Both the position numbers and the translations under genes were made by a program. Shown one piece after another: positions 27,019-37,700 of a stretch of 64,000 nucleotides of DNA (position 1 is its first letter; every line of letters starts with the position of its first letter). The notes beneath the pieces were generated by a model that was not told the DNA's origin, searched no databases, and saw only the letters and a program-made list of their open reading frames with translations. Origin of the DNA: Patescibacteria group bacterium (GTDB lineage Bacteria; Patescibacteriota; Minisyncoccia; Phycocordibacterales; UBA2100); NCBI GenBank assembly GCA_038064835.1, contig JBBTSD010000011.1, forward strand, positions 1,320-65,319. The letters are read 5' to 3'.

Positions 27019-28962
27019 GTGAATGTCCCCTCAAAAGTGACCGGCACCATCGATGTGACGCGACGCGGTGTTGGCTATCTCCCCCATGAATCCCTCGACC
27101 AGGACATTGAAATCGCACCCGAAAATCTAGGGACAGCATTGAACGGCGACGAAGTCGAGGTGCTCATTTTGTCGCACGGTCGGCGAGCGCGCGAGCGCAC
27201 CAAAGGCCGCGTTGAACGCATCGTCATGCGTGCGCGTACTTCACATGTCGGCACCATCACCAGTGCCGAAGGTGGCGCTTTTATCATCACTCCCGACGAT
27301 GCACGAATGTACGCTCGCCCACGAGTTGGTCAGAATGCATCCCCTGCCCGCGTTGGCGACAAAGTCGTATTCGCTATTGATCGTTGGACCGCAGGTGCCG
27401 ATCCTGTTGTGCGCATCATCCGTGTCCTTGGTCGCGCAGGGGATCACGAAACCGAAATGCAGTCTGCACTCGAAACGCACGACTTCGTAATCGGTTTTCC
27501 CGAAGATGTCGAACGCGAGGCAGCCGACATTGCCATGCGCCGTACCGAACTCCTTTCCCACACCACCGGAAGGCGTGATTTCCGCTCGGTCACCACATTC
27601 ACGATTGACCCGAAAGATGCAAAGGACTTCGACGACGCGCTGTCAGTAAAAACACTTCCCGATGGCACATACGAAATCGGCATTCATATTGCAGATGTAA
27701 CCCACTTTGTGCGCCCGGGAAGCGCTATTGATACCGAGGCTTTGCGGAGGGCCACATCCGTATATCTCGTTGATCGCACCATTCCGATGCTTCCCGAAAT
27801 TTTGAGCAATGATTTGTGTTCGCTTGTCCCCAACGAAGACCGTCTCGCTTTTTCTGCTGTATTCACTATGGACGAAAAAGCGCACATCACTGATCACTGG
27901 TACGGCCGCACCATCATTCGATCAGTCAAACGCTTTACCTATGAGTCTGCGCAAGAAGTGCTCGACAAGAAAGAGGGCGAATATCTTGCAGAACTATCTC
28001 TCCTTGAAAAGCTCGGCCACATACTACGCGCGGAGCGCGAACGCGAAGGAGCACTTTCGTTCGACACACCTGAAGTTCGCTTCGAACTCGCTGAAGACAA
28101 AACCCCGATTCGCGCCTATGTAAAAACGCGCGTCGAAACCATGCGCATCATCGAAGATTTTATGTTACTCGCCAACCGCGAAGTGGCAACCTGGGTGACC
28201 AATCATACAAAGTCAAAGACCGCGGCTCACGAGCGCACCTTTATCTACCGCATCCACGACCTACCAAAACCAGACCGCATCGAGGATTTGCGTGTGTTCC
28301 TGAAAGCGATTGGACACGATTTGGGTGACAGCAAAGGCGCTCCAGGACAAATCACTTCAAAAGATTTGAATGTACTCCTCAAAAAAATAAAAGGCACCCC
28401 TGAGGAGATGTTGATACAGATGAGCACGCTACGCTCCATGGCCAAGGCTGTGTACACACACAAAAACATCGGCCACTTTTCACTCGCCTTTCAGCACTAC
28501 ACACATTTCACTTCACCGATTCGACGCTATCCCGACATGATGGTGCACCGCATCCTTGCATCTCACCTGGGCGGCGACCCTATTAGCCCTGAAGAATTTG
28601 CCCGCTACCAACGGGCTGCAACAACCTCATCCGAACGCGAAGTGGCAGCAGTCGAGGCGGAACGCGATTCAGTGCGATTCAAACAAGTCGAGTACATGCA
28701 AAAACGCATTGGCCAGACATTCGACGGCACCGTCACAGGTGTTATCGAGCACGGCATATTTGTCTCCGAGAATGAAACCAAATCGGAGGGCTTGGTGCAT
28801 GTCTCGACCATGAACGATGACTACTACGAACTCAACGAAAAAACCTACACCCTGATGGGCAGGAAAAACAAACGGAAATTCCGCTTGGGCGACCCTGTTC
28901 GCATCACCCTCAAAGCAGCCGATTTGTCTACACGCCAGCTCACCTGGGAACTTGCAAAATAG
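27019..28962 (+). CDS. rnr: Ribonuclease R
   Basis: TIDPKDAKDFDDALS, HIADV, YTHFTSPIRRYPD, C-terminal S1 domain. Confidence 0.96.
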   Translation: MNVPSKVTGTIDVTRRGVGYLPHESLDQDIEIAPENLGTALNGDEVEVLILSHGRRARERTKGRVERIVMRARTSHVGTITSAEGGAFIITPDDARMYARPRVGQNASPARVGDKVVFAIDRWTAGADPVVRIIRVLGRAGDHETEMQSALETHDFVIGFPEDVEREAADIAMRRTELLSHTTGRRDFRSVTTFTIDPKDAKDFDDALSVKTLPDGTYEIGIHIADVTHFVRPGSAIDTEALRRATSVYLVDRTIPMLPEILSNDLCSLVPNEDRLAFSAVFTMDEKAHITDHWYGRTIIRSVKRFTYESAQEVLDKKEGEYLAELSLLEKLGHILRAEREREGALSFDTPEVRFELAEDKTPIRAYVKTRVETMRIIEDFMLLANREVATWVTNHTKSKTAAHERTFIYRIHDLPKPDRIEDLRVFLKAIGHDLGDSKGAPGQITSKDLNVLLKKIKGTPEEMLIQMSTLRSMAKAVYTHKNIGHFSLAFQHYTHFTSPIRRYPDMMVHRILASHLGGDPISPEEFARYQRAATTSSEREVAAVEAERDSVRFKQVEYMQKRIGQTFDGTVTGVIEHGIFVSENETKSEGLVHVSTMNDDYYELNEKTYTLMGRKNKRKFRLGDPVRITLKAADLSTRQLTWELAK

Positions 28963-29020
28963 ATTAGGTGTGGTATTGTAAATCTGGAAAGTCGACGGCT
29001 TAGCCACGAAGGAGGCAAGG

Positions 29021-29476
29021 ATGATCACCAAAATCATATCTGGGGGCCAGACTGGTGTAGATCGGGCAGCCCTCAACTTTGCCATTAAGAGCAGTATCGA
29101 TCATGGTGGTTATTGTCCGAAAGGAAGGCGGTCGGAGAGCGGCAGAATCTCGGACAAGTATGATCTGACCGAGACTTCATCGTCCGACTATCGTATGCGC
29201 AACGCAATGAATGTCAGCCACTCGGACGGCACCCTCATCATCACGAGGGGCACACCGAGTGGGGGAACACGGCTTACAATCGAGAATTGTAGGGTTAGGA
29301 GCAAGCCGTGGTTTGTCGTAGATGTTCAGCACAAGCTGAAAGTACAGGAATTTTTCGACTGGGTGCAGACACACAATATCCGTACTCTGAATGTTGCTGG
29401 CCCGCGCGAAAGCAAGCAATCCGGCATAGCAAAAGAAACAAAGCAAGCCCTTACAGAACTTTTCGCCGCCCTCTAG
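29021..29476 (+). CDS. SLOG-family (putative molybdenum carrier-like) protein
   Basis: KIISGGQTGVDRAAL..GGYCPKGR..SDGTL..LNVAGPRES. Confidence 0.88.
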   Translation: MITKIISGGQTGVDRAALNFAIKSSIDHGGYCPKGRRSESGRISDKYDLTETSSSDYRMRNAMNVSHSDGTLIITRGTPSGGTRLTIENCRVRSKPWFVVDVQHKLKVQEFFDWVQTHNIRTLNVAGPRESKQSGIAKETKQALTELFAAL

Positions 29477-29501
29477 TGGGGCGGTCTTTTCTATTTCAAC
29501 A

Positions 29502-29536
29502 AATCAATGTTGGACTTCGTAAGTCCAACATTGATT
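29502..29536. repeat. REP type 2 palindrome
   Basis: AATCAATGTTGGACTT-CGT-AAGTCCAACATTGATT. Confidence 0.9.
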
Positions 29537-29544
29537 CAATCGCT

Positions 29545-30222
29545 CTACTCAAGGGTAAGTGGGCTAATAATCGATGTGTCCAAATCTTTAATGTACTCTC
29601 GCGCCTCGCGCGCATAATCAGTAAAGACATCCTTGAAAAGCTCTTTTGTCAGTATCGATGGGAAATTTTTTCTACCGCAATAATCCTGATAGCTACTCCA
29701 TTTGTATTCTGAAAGATGTTTCAGAGATTTTGCGCTATTCGCCACGCGCCCTGCACGCCACTCTTTTGCGCCCGTCAAAGTATCGAGGGGATTAAAGTGT
29801 ATGTAGTTAAGAATATGTAAAAAGTGCGCATCGTTTTTGATAAGTACTTTTTTTGTTCGCCCCTGAAAAAGACCTCCACTTCGCGTGTACCTTTCGTTAA
29901 AATATTTTGCATAGCCAATGTTGAGCTTTCTAAGAAACTTGGTGAGCCCTCCTTCGGCTCGTTCTGAAAGAAGGAGATGATAGTGATTCCCCATAAGACA
30001 CCACCCGTGAATATCTACAACCATTTTCCGTGGTCGCGCCAATGTTGGACTTCGTAAGTCCAACATTGGTGACGACCCTTTGAACCTGCGATGATTGTCT
30101 GCAGGGGCCGGAGTCACATCATTGAATATGTAAAGACCGTGGATAAAACGAGCTCGATCTTGGTCATCCATAAAGATGGACCGTTTCTCCACCCCGCGAT
30201 TCAACACATGATATAGTTCCAT
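29545..30222 (-). mobile_element. REP-associated tyrosine (HUH, Y1) transposase, RAYT-like, intact
   Basis: MELYHVLNRGVEKR.IF, WCLMGNHYHLLL (HUH), YFNERY.RSG.LFQGR, YIHFNP, YKWSSY.DY. Confidence 0.9.
30039..30069. repeat. REP type 2 palindrome inside the transposase coding sequence
   Basis: CCAATGTTGGACTT-CGT-AAGTCCAACATTGG, read in frame as PMLDLRSPTL. Confidence 0.9.
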
Positions 30223-30234
30223 CTCGTTATTATA

Positions 30235-30265
30235 CCTATGTTGGACTTCGTAAGTCCAACATAGG
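30235..30265. repeat. REP type 2 palindrome
   Basis: CCTATGTTGGACTT-CGT-AAGTCCAACATAGG, abutting the transposase -10 box. Confidence 0.9.
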
Positions 30266-30335
30266 CCCAATGAGCATTTCTGCTTGACCGTTTTGCACTC
30301 TTCCTGTATCCCTAAAGTAGAGAAGGAGAAAGATA

Positions 30336-31058
30336 ATGGTAGACGAGACTCGCCCCAACCTCCTGGTAGTGATTCGCCACGCCGAATCCGCACGAAATGA
30401 CGCGAAAAAAGGTTCGGTGTATTTTGCGGACGACGCGGCACGCGAACGCGTTCGTGGCATTCCGGATCACAAGGTTCCGATTACACCTCTCGGAGTTCGC
30501 CAATCCATCCGCACAGGCATCGCTCTGCGTGAACGGTTTGGCATTCCCGATTATCTGTATCACTCAGGCTATTTGCGGACCATGCATACCGCAAAACTCA
30601 TCCTGGATGCGTACACACCCAATGAGCGAGAGTGTATTCAGGTACGATCAAACCCATTCATCCGTGAGCGCGATCCTGGGTATACATATGATATGACCAA
30701 GGAGGAAGCCGAAGGAAATTTCCCCTGGCTCAAGGAACACTGGGAAACATTTGGTGGCTTCTTTGCACGACCGCCAGGTGGCGAAAGCCTGGCTGACACC
30801 GCAAATCGCGTCTACACATTCCTCAATATGCTCTTTCGTGATCGGCGTGGGCAGAAGGTATTTGTAGTCACTCACGGCGGAACTATTCGCGGATTTCGAT
30901 TCCATTTGGAACGGTGGGATTTCGAACGCGCCTTGCGGTGGGCACCCGAAGAATCGCCACATAATTGTGGCGTGACGACCTACCAATTCGACCAAACACG
31001 CGGCCGACTTGCATTGGTTGAATATAATACCCTTTTGTTTACCGACACTCTCAACTAA
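30336..31058 (+). CDS. Histidine phosphatase (phosphoglycerate mutase family)
   Basis: IRHAES..N, S..LR..HTA, P.GES, VVTHGG. Confidence 0.9.
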   Translation: MVDETRPNLLVVIRHAESARNDAKKGSVYFADDAARERVRGIPDHKVPITPLGVRQSIRTGIALRERFGIPDYLYHSGYLRTMHTAKLILDAYTPNERECIQVRSNPFIRERDPGYTYDMTKEEAEGNFPWLKEHWETFGGFFARPPGGESLADTANRVYTFLNMLFRDRRGQKVFVVTHGGTIRGFRFHLERWDFERALRWAPEESPHNCGVTTYQFDQTRGRLALVEYNTLLFTDTLN

Positions 31059-31218
31059 TACCATCGACAAGTAAGGTCTGAACAAAAGTCTTAGAAAATT
31101 GTGGGTATGGCGAAGAAGAAAAAAATGAAATATATCCGCAGATACATTGAGATTTTTTCTTCGAGCTATAGCCATAATTTTCAAGACTTGGTGTTCAGAG
31201 ATTAGTTGGAGATGGTAT
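31058..31218. repeat. 161-bp ERIC-like element, copy 2
   Basis: Near-identical to 10914-11074; overlaps the upstream TAA stop by 1 nt. Confidence 0.9.
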
Positions 31219-31219
31219 A

Positions 31220-31273
31220 ATTGAGAAGGTCAGACCTTCTCAATAAAACCTCCTGACAATGTCAGGAGGTTTT
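31220..31273. repeat. REP-like type 3 palindrome followed by a second palindrome
   Basis: ATTGAGAAGGTC-A-GACCTTCTCAAT, then AAAACCTCCTGACA-A-TGTCAGGAGGTTTT. Confidence 0.75.
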
Positions 31274-31289
31274 GCTATACTCAATCTCT

Positions 31290-31769
31290 ATGAAAAAATA
31301 TCTCCCCTGGGTTGCTGGCCTAGTTGGTATTGTGGTGTTGCTCTCTTGGGGGCGTCTGAACCCACCGCAGGACATCTTTTGGAAAGATACAAAAATCGCC
31401 TGTTTGCCTAACGGTCATGCCAATCTAGCCCTGCACATACACCCTGATTTGCAAATCCTTGTTGATGGCGTTGCTGAAAAAGTCCCCGCCCACATCGGCG
31501 ACACCCCTTCATGCATGACTGAAGTCCACACTCATGACGACACTGGAAAAATTCATGCCGAAGCAACTACTGCAAACAAAACATTTACACTTGCCGACTT
31601 CTTTGCAGTCTGGGGCACATCTATCGAACGCCCGGGGTATACACTCACTGCGACAATAGATGGCACGCCGGAGACAAACCCTTCTGCGCTCACCCTAAAG
31701 GACGGACAGAAAATTGTCCTCGCCTATACCAAGACCATTGACACCTCTTTAATTGCACCGCAAAACTAA
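31290..31769 (+). CDS. Membrane-anchored His-motif hypothetical protein
   Basis: N-terminal TM; HIHP..C..EVHTHD..G.IH.E..FTL.DFF..WG. Confidence 0.75.
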   Translation: MKKYLPWVAGLVGIVVLLSWGRLNPPQDIFWKDTKIACLPNGHANLALHIHPDLQILVDGVAEKVPAHIGDTPSCMTEVHTHDDTGKIHAEATTANKTFTLADFFAVWGTSIERPGYTLTATIDGTPETNPSALTLKDGQKIVLAYTKTIDTSLIAPQN

Positions 31770-31783
31770 CGCTCTCCGAAAAC

Positions 31784-32302
31784 CTAACTGCAACTCAACC
31801 CAATTTTTGTCTCCTCTTCGTGTGAGATAAACATGTAGTGGATGACAAGCGATTCATCGTGCCTGCCTATGTGTACATGATCGTATCGAGATGGTTTCGT
31901 AAAACCAAGAAAATCGTCACGCAGTTCCATTCCATCATCCTTGTCACCAACTGGTCGCTCGGTGATTTTAGATTCAGGAATTTCATATTCGATTGCAACA
32001 ATACGATGTGCATAGACGCCGTAGACGGGGCCGCCTGCGGCGGCCCCGCTTGGCGTCGCCCAATGTTCCATCTCGGGGCGTACTTCACCATCATCCGTGT
32101 ATTGCACTGGGTGATGATGCTCAATCCGCATCACACCCAGTGGAAGGTCGTCGACAGTGAGAACCAGTATCTTTTTTGGTACGACATACCCCCAGCTCGC
32201 ATACCCCACAAGGATACTCAGCACTATCACGAGCACTACCATTGTGTGATGCCGCGATGCCGAAGAGACAACTTTTCGTATCCCGCTCATATCATTTAGC
32301 AA
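31784..32302 (-). CDS. Hypothetical membrane-anchored protein
   Basis: 172-aa ORF overlapping the smc stop; TM and His-containing motifs. Confidence 0.6.
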   Translation of the reverse strand: MLNDMSGIRKVVSSASRHHTMVVLVIVLSILVGYASWGYVVPKKILVLTVDDLPLGVMRIEHHHPVQYTDDGEVRPEMEHWATPSGAAAGGPVYGVYAHRIVAIEYEIPESKITERPVGDKDDGMELRDDFLGFTKPSRYDHVHIGRHDESLVIHYMFISHEEETKIGLSCS

Positions 32303-34505
32303 CGCGTTCTGCTTCTTCTAATTTAACCGAGAGGAGGCGAGAAACGCCGTCGGAACCCATGGTCACTCCATATAGTTCTCCTGCGGCACTCATGGTGGCG
32401 CGGTTATGGGTAATGATAATAAGCTGACTGCGATTACTGAGAATCGTAATCATATCTGCATAGCGTTTGCTATTTGCCTCGTCGAGTGCGGCGTCAGTCT
32501 CGTCGAGAATCAAAAATGGCGGCGGATTCACTTGCGACATTGCAAAAATCATAGCAATCGAAGTGAGCGCTCGCTCGCCACCCGAAAGCACCTCGAGTCC
32601 GCGCACCTTTTTGCGCGGCAATTGCACTGCGACCGTGAGCCCCGCCACTACATCTTCGTCCGAAGTGGCCTCTGCCACCACCTCCTCGCCCAACTCTTCA
32701 GCGAGCACCTCGCGCTCGCGAATCGGTTTTTCAAGCTCAAGTCGCGCAGAACCACCGCTAAAAAGCTTTTCAAAAAATGTCTGCAAAGCCTGATTGATAT
32801 GGACCAGACCTTCGGTAAATCGTTCGTCCATCTGTGCATCTAATTGTTCGATAATGGTTCGTAGGTTGATGCTCGATTGTGAAAGGTCCGCAAGCTCGCG
32901 CGCAAGAAATTCGTCACGATCCCGTGTTTGATTGTATTCTTTCACCACTTCATTTCCTGTACCCCCTCCCCCATATTCTTCGATTTTTATTTTCAGCCGC
33001 TCAAGCGCGCGCCGTCGTTCGGATTGCATAGAACGATCTTCGGAAAGTGCTCCTTCCGGCATCTCTTGTTTGTCCCACGCATGCACAGCGGCACCGACAA
33101 GCGCAATCCCTTCGCGCACTTCGGCCTCGAATGCCTCGCGAGCAGCCACGCCGTCACTCCGTTTGTGCATACATCGCTGAAGAGAGCCTTCCAACTCCCT
33201 CTTTCTCCCTGAAAACGAGAGGAGCGCCCGCTCGGCCTCGTGGTGTGCCTCGCGCTCGTGTGCCATCCGCGTGCGAACATCCATAAGAGCCCGCTCCAAC
33301 TCACTTTCGCGCTCTTGAGCAACTTGCATCTGTCCAGAGAGTTCATGTACACGCGTGAGCGCCGCCCGTTCAGCCTGTGGATCACCGCCATCACCCCTAT
33401 TTGTTCGAGCAATAAAATGACGAACTGTCTCCCGCGCATGGTGCAGGGCATTACGCAGAGCATCATTACTTTCTGCAGCGATAGCTTGTTCGATATCCTG
33501 TGCAACAGCCTCAGCAAACACGACAGCATCCGCCCGAGGAATGCTGTTTTCTGGTGCCGGGTGATGGCGCGAGGCCTCGAGCGCCCCTTCCGCCCGCCCC
33601 AACTCTCGTGCCAATTCTTCATGTGCCCGACGAACGACAATCAGCTGATGATGCAAAGATTCCATCTCCTTCTGATTTTCGGCACCACCTTCTTCCCTTA
33701 CCCGCATGCCTTCCGCGACCCGGATCTGCTCTGCAACCGTACCCAACTCAACTCGTATTCCCTCTTCTTCCTCTTTTGACTGCGTGTCTTGAGTCGTTAT
33801 CCATGCGTGTTCCCTCGCCAAGTAATCAGCCAATCTTACCGCAAGCTCGTCCTTCATTTCTTTTGCTTTCTCAATCTTCTCGACTTGTTTCCCCAGAAAC
33901 TTTAAGTGCGGAGCGAGCTCTCGTCGTAAAGATTCGACTTTTTCGATATTTTCCTCGGTCGTTTCTAATTTGCGCTCGCTTTCTGCTTTTTTGTGCTGAT
34001 AGAGCTTGAGACCCAAAGCGTCTTCTACCATCTCCCGCCGTTCGCGGGGTGATGCATTCAAAATACGATCAGCTTCGCCTTGTGAAATAATTTGATACCC
34101 AGACCCTCCGATATTCGCTCCTGCCAAGAGGCGCACTACATCTTTCAGACGCACCTGTGTCCCGTTCATCAGATATTCGTTCTGCCCATCACGAAACACA
34201 ATTCGCTCGAGCACCACTTCGGTAAAATCAACATCGAGCCTCCGTGTCGCATTATCAAAAACGACCTTGACGGACGCACGGTTCATCCGAGGCAGTGCGT
34301 GCGAGCCACCCCATATCAAATCTTCGCCCTTACGACTGCGCAAAGACTTCATCGACTGCTCACCCAAGACAAACCGCAAGGCTTCGGCGACATTACTCTT
34401 GCCGGATCCATTAGGACCCACAATGGCCGAGACTTTCGAGGTAAACACGAGCTCGCTCTTTTTACCGAACGATTTAAACCCATTGAGCTCGACTGAGCGA
34501 AGCAT
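32292..34505 (-). CDS. smc: Short SMC-family ATPase
   Basis: GFKSF, Walker A GPNGSGKSN, Q-loop ISQG, LSGGE, LILDETDAALD, ITHN; coiled coils; only 737 aa. Confidence 0.9.
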   Translation of the reverse strand: MLRSVELNGFKSFGKKSELVFTSKVSAIVGPNGSGKSNVAEALRFVLGEQSMKSLRSRKGEDLIWGGSHALPRMNRASVKVVFDNATRRLDVDFTEVVLERIVFRDGQNEYLMNGTQVRLKDVVRLLAGANIGGSGYQIISQGEADRILNASPRERREMVEDALGLKLYQHKKAESERKLETTEENIEKVESLRRELAPHLKFLGKQVEKIEKAKEMKDELAVRLADYLAREHAWITTQDTQSKEEEEGIRVELGTVAEQIRVAEGMRVREEGGAENQKEMESLHHQLIVVRRAHEELARELGRAEGALEASRHHPAPENSIPRADAVVFAEAVAQDIEQAIAAESNDALRNALHHARETVRHFIARTNRGDGGDPQAERAALTRVHELSGQMQVAQERESELERALMDVRTRMAHEREAHHEAERALLSFSGRKRELEGSLQRCMHKRSDGVAAREAFEAEVREGIALVGAAVHAWDKQEMPEGALSEDRSMQSERRRALERLKIKIEEYGGGGTGNEVVKEYNQTRDRDEFLARELADLSQSSINLRTIIEQLDAQMDERFTEGLVHINQALQTFFEKLFSGGSARLELEKPIREREVLAEELGEEVVAEATSDEDVVAGLTVAVQLPRKKVRGLEVLSGGERALTSIAMIFAMSQVNPPPFLILDETDAALDEANSKRYADMITILSNRSQLIIITHNRATMSAAGELYGVTMGSDGVSRLLSVKLEEAERVAK

Positions 34506-34524
34506 CGCTCTATTGTACTACAGC

Positions 34525-34685
34525 ATACCGCCGACAATTAAGATCTGAACAAAAGTCGCAGAAAATGACGACTGTGGCGAAGGAGAAAAAAGTGAACTAT
34601 ATCAGTAGATACAGTAAGCTTTTTTCTCCGAGCCATGGGTGTCATTTTCAAGACTTGGTGTTCAGAGGTTAATGGGAGGGGGTAT
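34525..34685. repeat. 161-bp ERIC-like element, copy 3 (diverged)
   Basis: Same length and shared blocks TCTGAACAAAAGTCGCAGAAAAT and TTTTCAAGACTTGGTGTTCAGAG. Confidence 0.85.
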
Positions 34686-34788
34686 GAGTATCCTCATTTA
34701 CTCCCCCATCGATTCATGGTGTCCCCAACGCATCTGTGGATAAGGTGGAGGGCACATCGTGTATTAAAGGTACAATCCATGCATACTT

Positions 34789-37700
34789 ATGCCAGAAAGT
34801 CGGCCATCTTTTACCGCTCGTTCGGAACACCGCGACAAGCTCTTTGTCGGTGGCGCATTCGACGCCGAGGGCAAGCTCACACCATTTGAAGTTGATGGCT
34901 CTACCTACTACGCAGGCGATTTGATGTCGCCCATGGCTTCGATATGCAATCTCTTCCGCGACGCAAAACTTGACCGGGCCACAACTCCCCTCGCTTCGGG
35001 TCCCAACTTTGATACCGCACTCACTGATCAATTGAAAGAAAAAAGAGAGGAGATTGAACGCATACACTTCCCGCTATTTAAACGAGCAATCGAACATTGG
35101 TTTGGCCCAGAGGCAGCCGAAGAAATCACCCTCGAGGGAGTCTACAAAGCATTCCGCTTTGTTGCCGAAGGAGGCAGGACCCCTCAACTTTTTTCTGATT
35201 CTCTCGTCAGAATAACAGACATGCCAGTCCTCGGCACACCCGCCGACCTTAGAAACGCCGCCGACATTATCGCCAACAGCCGCGAACTTGAGCGCCTGGT
35301 GGCGATTATTAACGAAACCAATGGCGACCCGTTTACCACTGGCAAGAGCCGCACCGTTGCCGAGCGCGACCTTCTCCCACCGGTACTCACGGAAATAGAA
35401 AATCTTTTGAAACAACGAAAGGCTATCCCTGCAGACGCGGTACTGTGGGGAAACAAAGCTCCAAGTCTCAAGGCACTCACCGATCTATTAAACGGGGCGC
35501 GAGATACGGCCGGATCCGGACTCACCGCCGTCACCGAGCGTATTCTCCAAAAGACCTATCCTGCCGTAGCTCCTGGCGAAAAATCTGTAAATCTCCGCAC
35601 CTTGCTACTCACCAAATTTGGCCGGTACGAACTCATGCCGGATTCTCTCGTCCTCCCTCTTGAAGCAACTCAGCGCTTTTACCAAGGACGCATCTTTAAA
35701 GAACCTGACGCACTTGTGTTGGATGGAACATTCAAACGAGCCGGACGCAGTGGCGACTGGGATACTATCGGCAAACCCCTGAGTCGCATCATGGTGCTTA
35801 CCTCAAAGCAATACGGGGAACTTCTTGACGAAGACGATGCGGCTGCAAAACCCGAGGCTCGGCAAGCCGAGCTTGCAGGAGAAGTGGAAACTCTTCGGAA
35901 TAAAATGGGGCAACTTTTGCAATTTATCCCGATAAAAGTCGGTGATCGCAACCTAGACCCCGCCGATACACTTGCCCAGAAAGACGCAATCGTTTCACTT
36001 CTCAAAAACCTCTCTAGTGAATCCGTTCTTGGTGCAATGAAGCGCGCAGAAGCGCGACTTAAAAAGAAGAAAGGCGCCTCCGAAGCGCCACGCACAATGC
36101 AGCCTGATGAAGCACCTGAGCCTGCAGACGACTTTATGAAGATGCAGCAGTTGTTCACCGAAGAATTGTTCACCGAACTCAAGTCTGATGATGGGAAATC
36201 ATTCATGGACATCGTAACCGCCATCACCGGCGGACGCGTCACTAAATTTTATGTGGCAGGAGCATGGCGTGATGGCGACCTTGCGCGCGACCTCGAGGCT
36301 GCCGACCTCGAGTACGATGTGGGGCCAAAGCGCCTTGCTGTCGATGGTTTTGTAAATACCATCCCAGGGATCGTCCGCGAGAACCTATCCGATTTGTGCA
36401 CCGAGTGCACCCCCGAAGAACTGGGGGCTGTCCGCCTTGCCGGGCTTGCTGTGCACGAGCTTGCTATTGGCCTGCGTATGGAACGGCAGAAAGTAGATAA
36501 TGTCCGAGCCGAAGATACGGCAAATTTGGTCGGAGAAGAATATCCGGATGCCTTCCGAAAACTTTTTGCATACAAACTGATGCGCCCTCCCCGCCCGTCA
36601 CTGGTCATCCCCGATCGATTAACTGACGACAATGGCGAGTATACCGAGACCGAGGAAGCACATCGTGCTCGCGTAGCACAGGCCATCGAAGATCAAGGCC
36701 AGGCTTACGAGCGTATGCTTGCCGACTTTCGTCAACAACAACGAGCCACTGTATTTGATCATCTCCGAAAACTTGTTCGCGTCATGGACGAGCCTGCAAA
36801 AAACCTGGGCGGTATATTCGTGGGCACACTCAACACAAACCGCATACTACCTCGCCCACCCAAAGGAAAGACCCTCCGCGACCTCATCAAAGCAAAGATT
36901 GACGAGATTCGAGTGCGCGCCCCCGATGCCGAGGCCGAAACCCCCGTTGAGCGACCCTCTTACCAAGTATTTGACTTTGACGCGAAACCTGGAAAATGGA
37001 TGCAACCTCCAACTGAAACAATTGAGCAAATCGAAAGTCTTGAAAATAAAATCGAAAGTGTGATGATACGCATGCAGGAGTTCCAGAGGAAAGCGTTTGA
37101 AATTCAATCTCGCATCGCTTCCGGTATTGATTTAGCTCTTGCCGGAAAAGCATTCGAAGTGCTTGATAGTGAATTCGCTACCTATATTCGCTCCGACATC
37201 AATGATATCTATGGATCGGGTGGGAACCCTCTAAAAGGCACCGACAGCACCCTTCAGCATTTCCGGAATGCCAAGCTCGGCTCGCTTGTAAATCGTGCGA
37301 CCCGCCACCTGTTAGATCAATTTGATTTGATGGCATCTGGCCGTGATGAAATTCAAGACAGAATCGACAAAACCCGCGATATGCTCAGCCAGGGACTCTT
37401 GCGTGAGCGTCGCGCAGCACTGCAGAGGGTTCTTATCGACTCTGGTGCTGATAAGCCAAAACATGTTTTGGAGGAGATTCAAGATATTGATAGTCGCATG
37501 CAGGCACACCGTCGCGCTGACCGCCTGTCAAAAGAAGCTGCCAAGATTTTCGAGAACCTTCGCAGACTCAAGGTTGAGCATGCTCTTTTATTACGGACCC
37601 AGACAGAGGGTCGTGAAGTTTCCTCAGATGAAATACTCGCTATAAAGACACAAGTAGATCGCGCTGAAAATGTCTTGCAAGAAAAACGAGATGCTGCCAT

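Noticed and set aside
30223-30441. 72-aa N-terminal extension of the second transposase
   Set aside because: It overlaps the REP and the divergent phosphatase gene; a -10 box 6 nt before the ATG at 30222 supports the shorter start.
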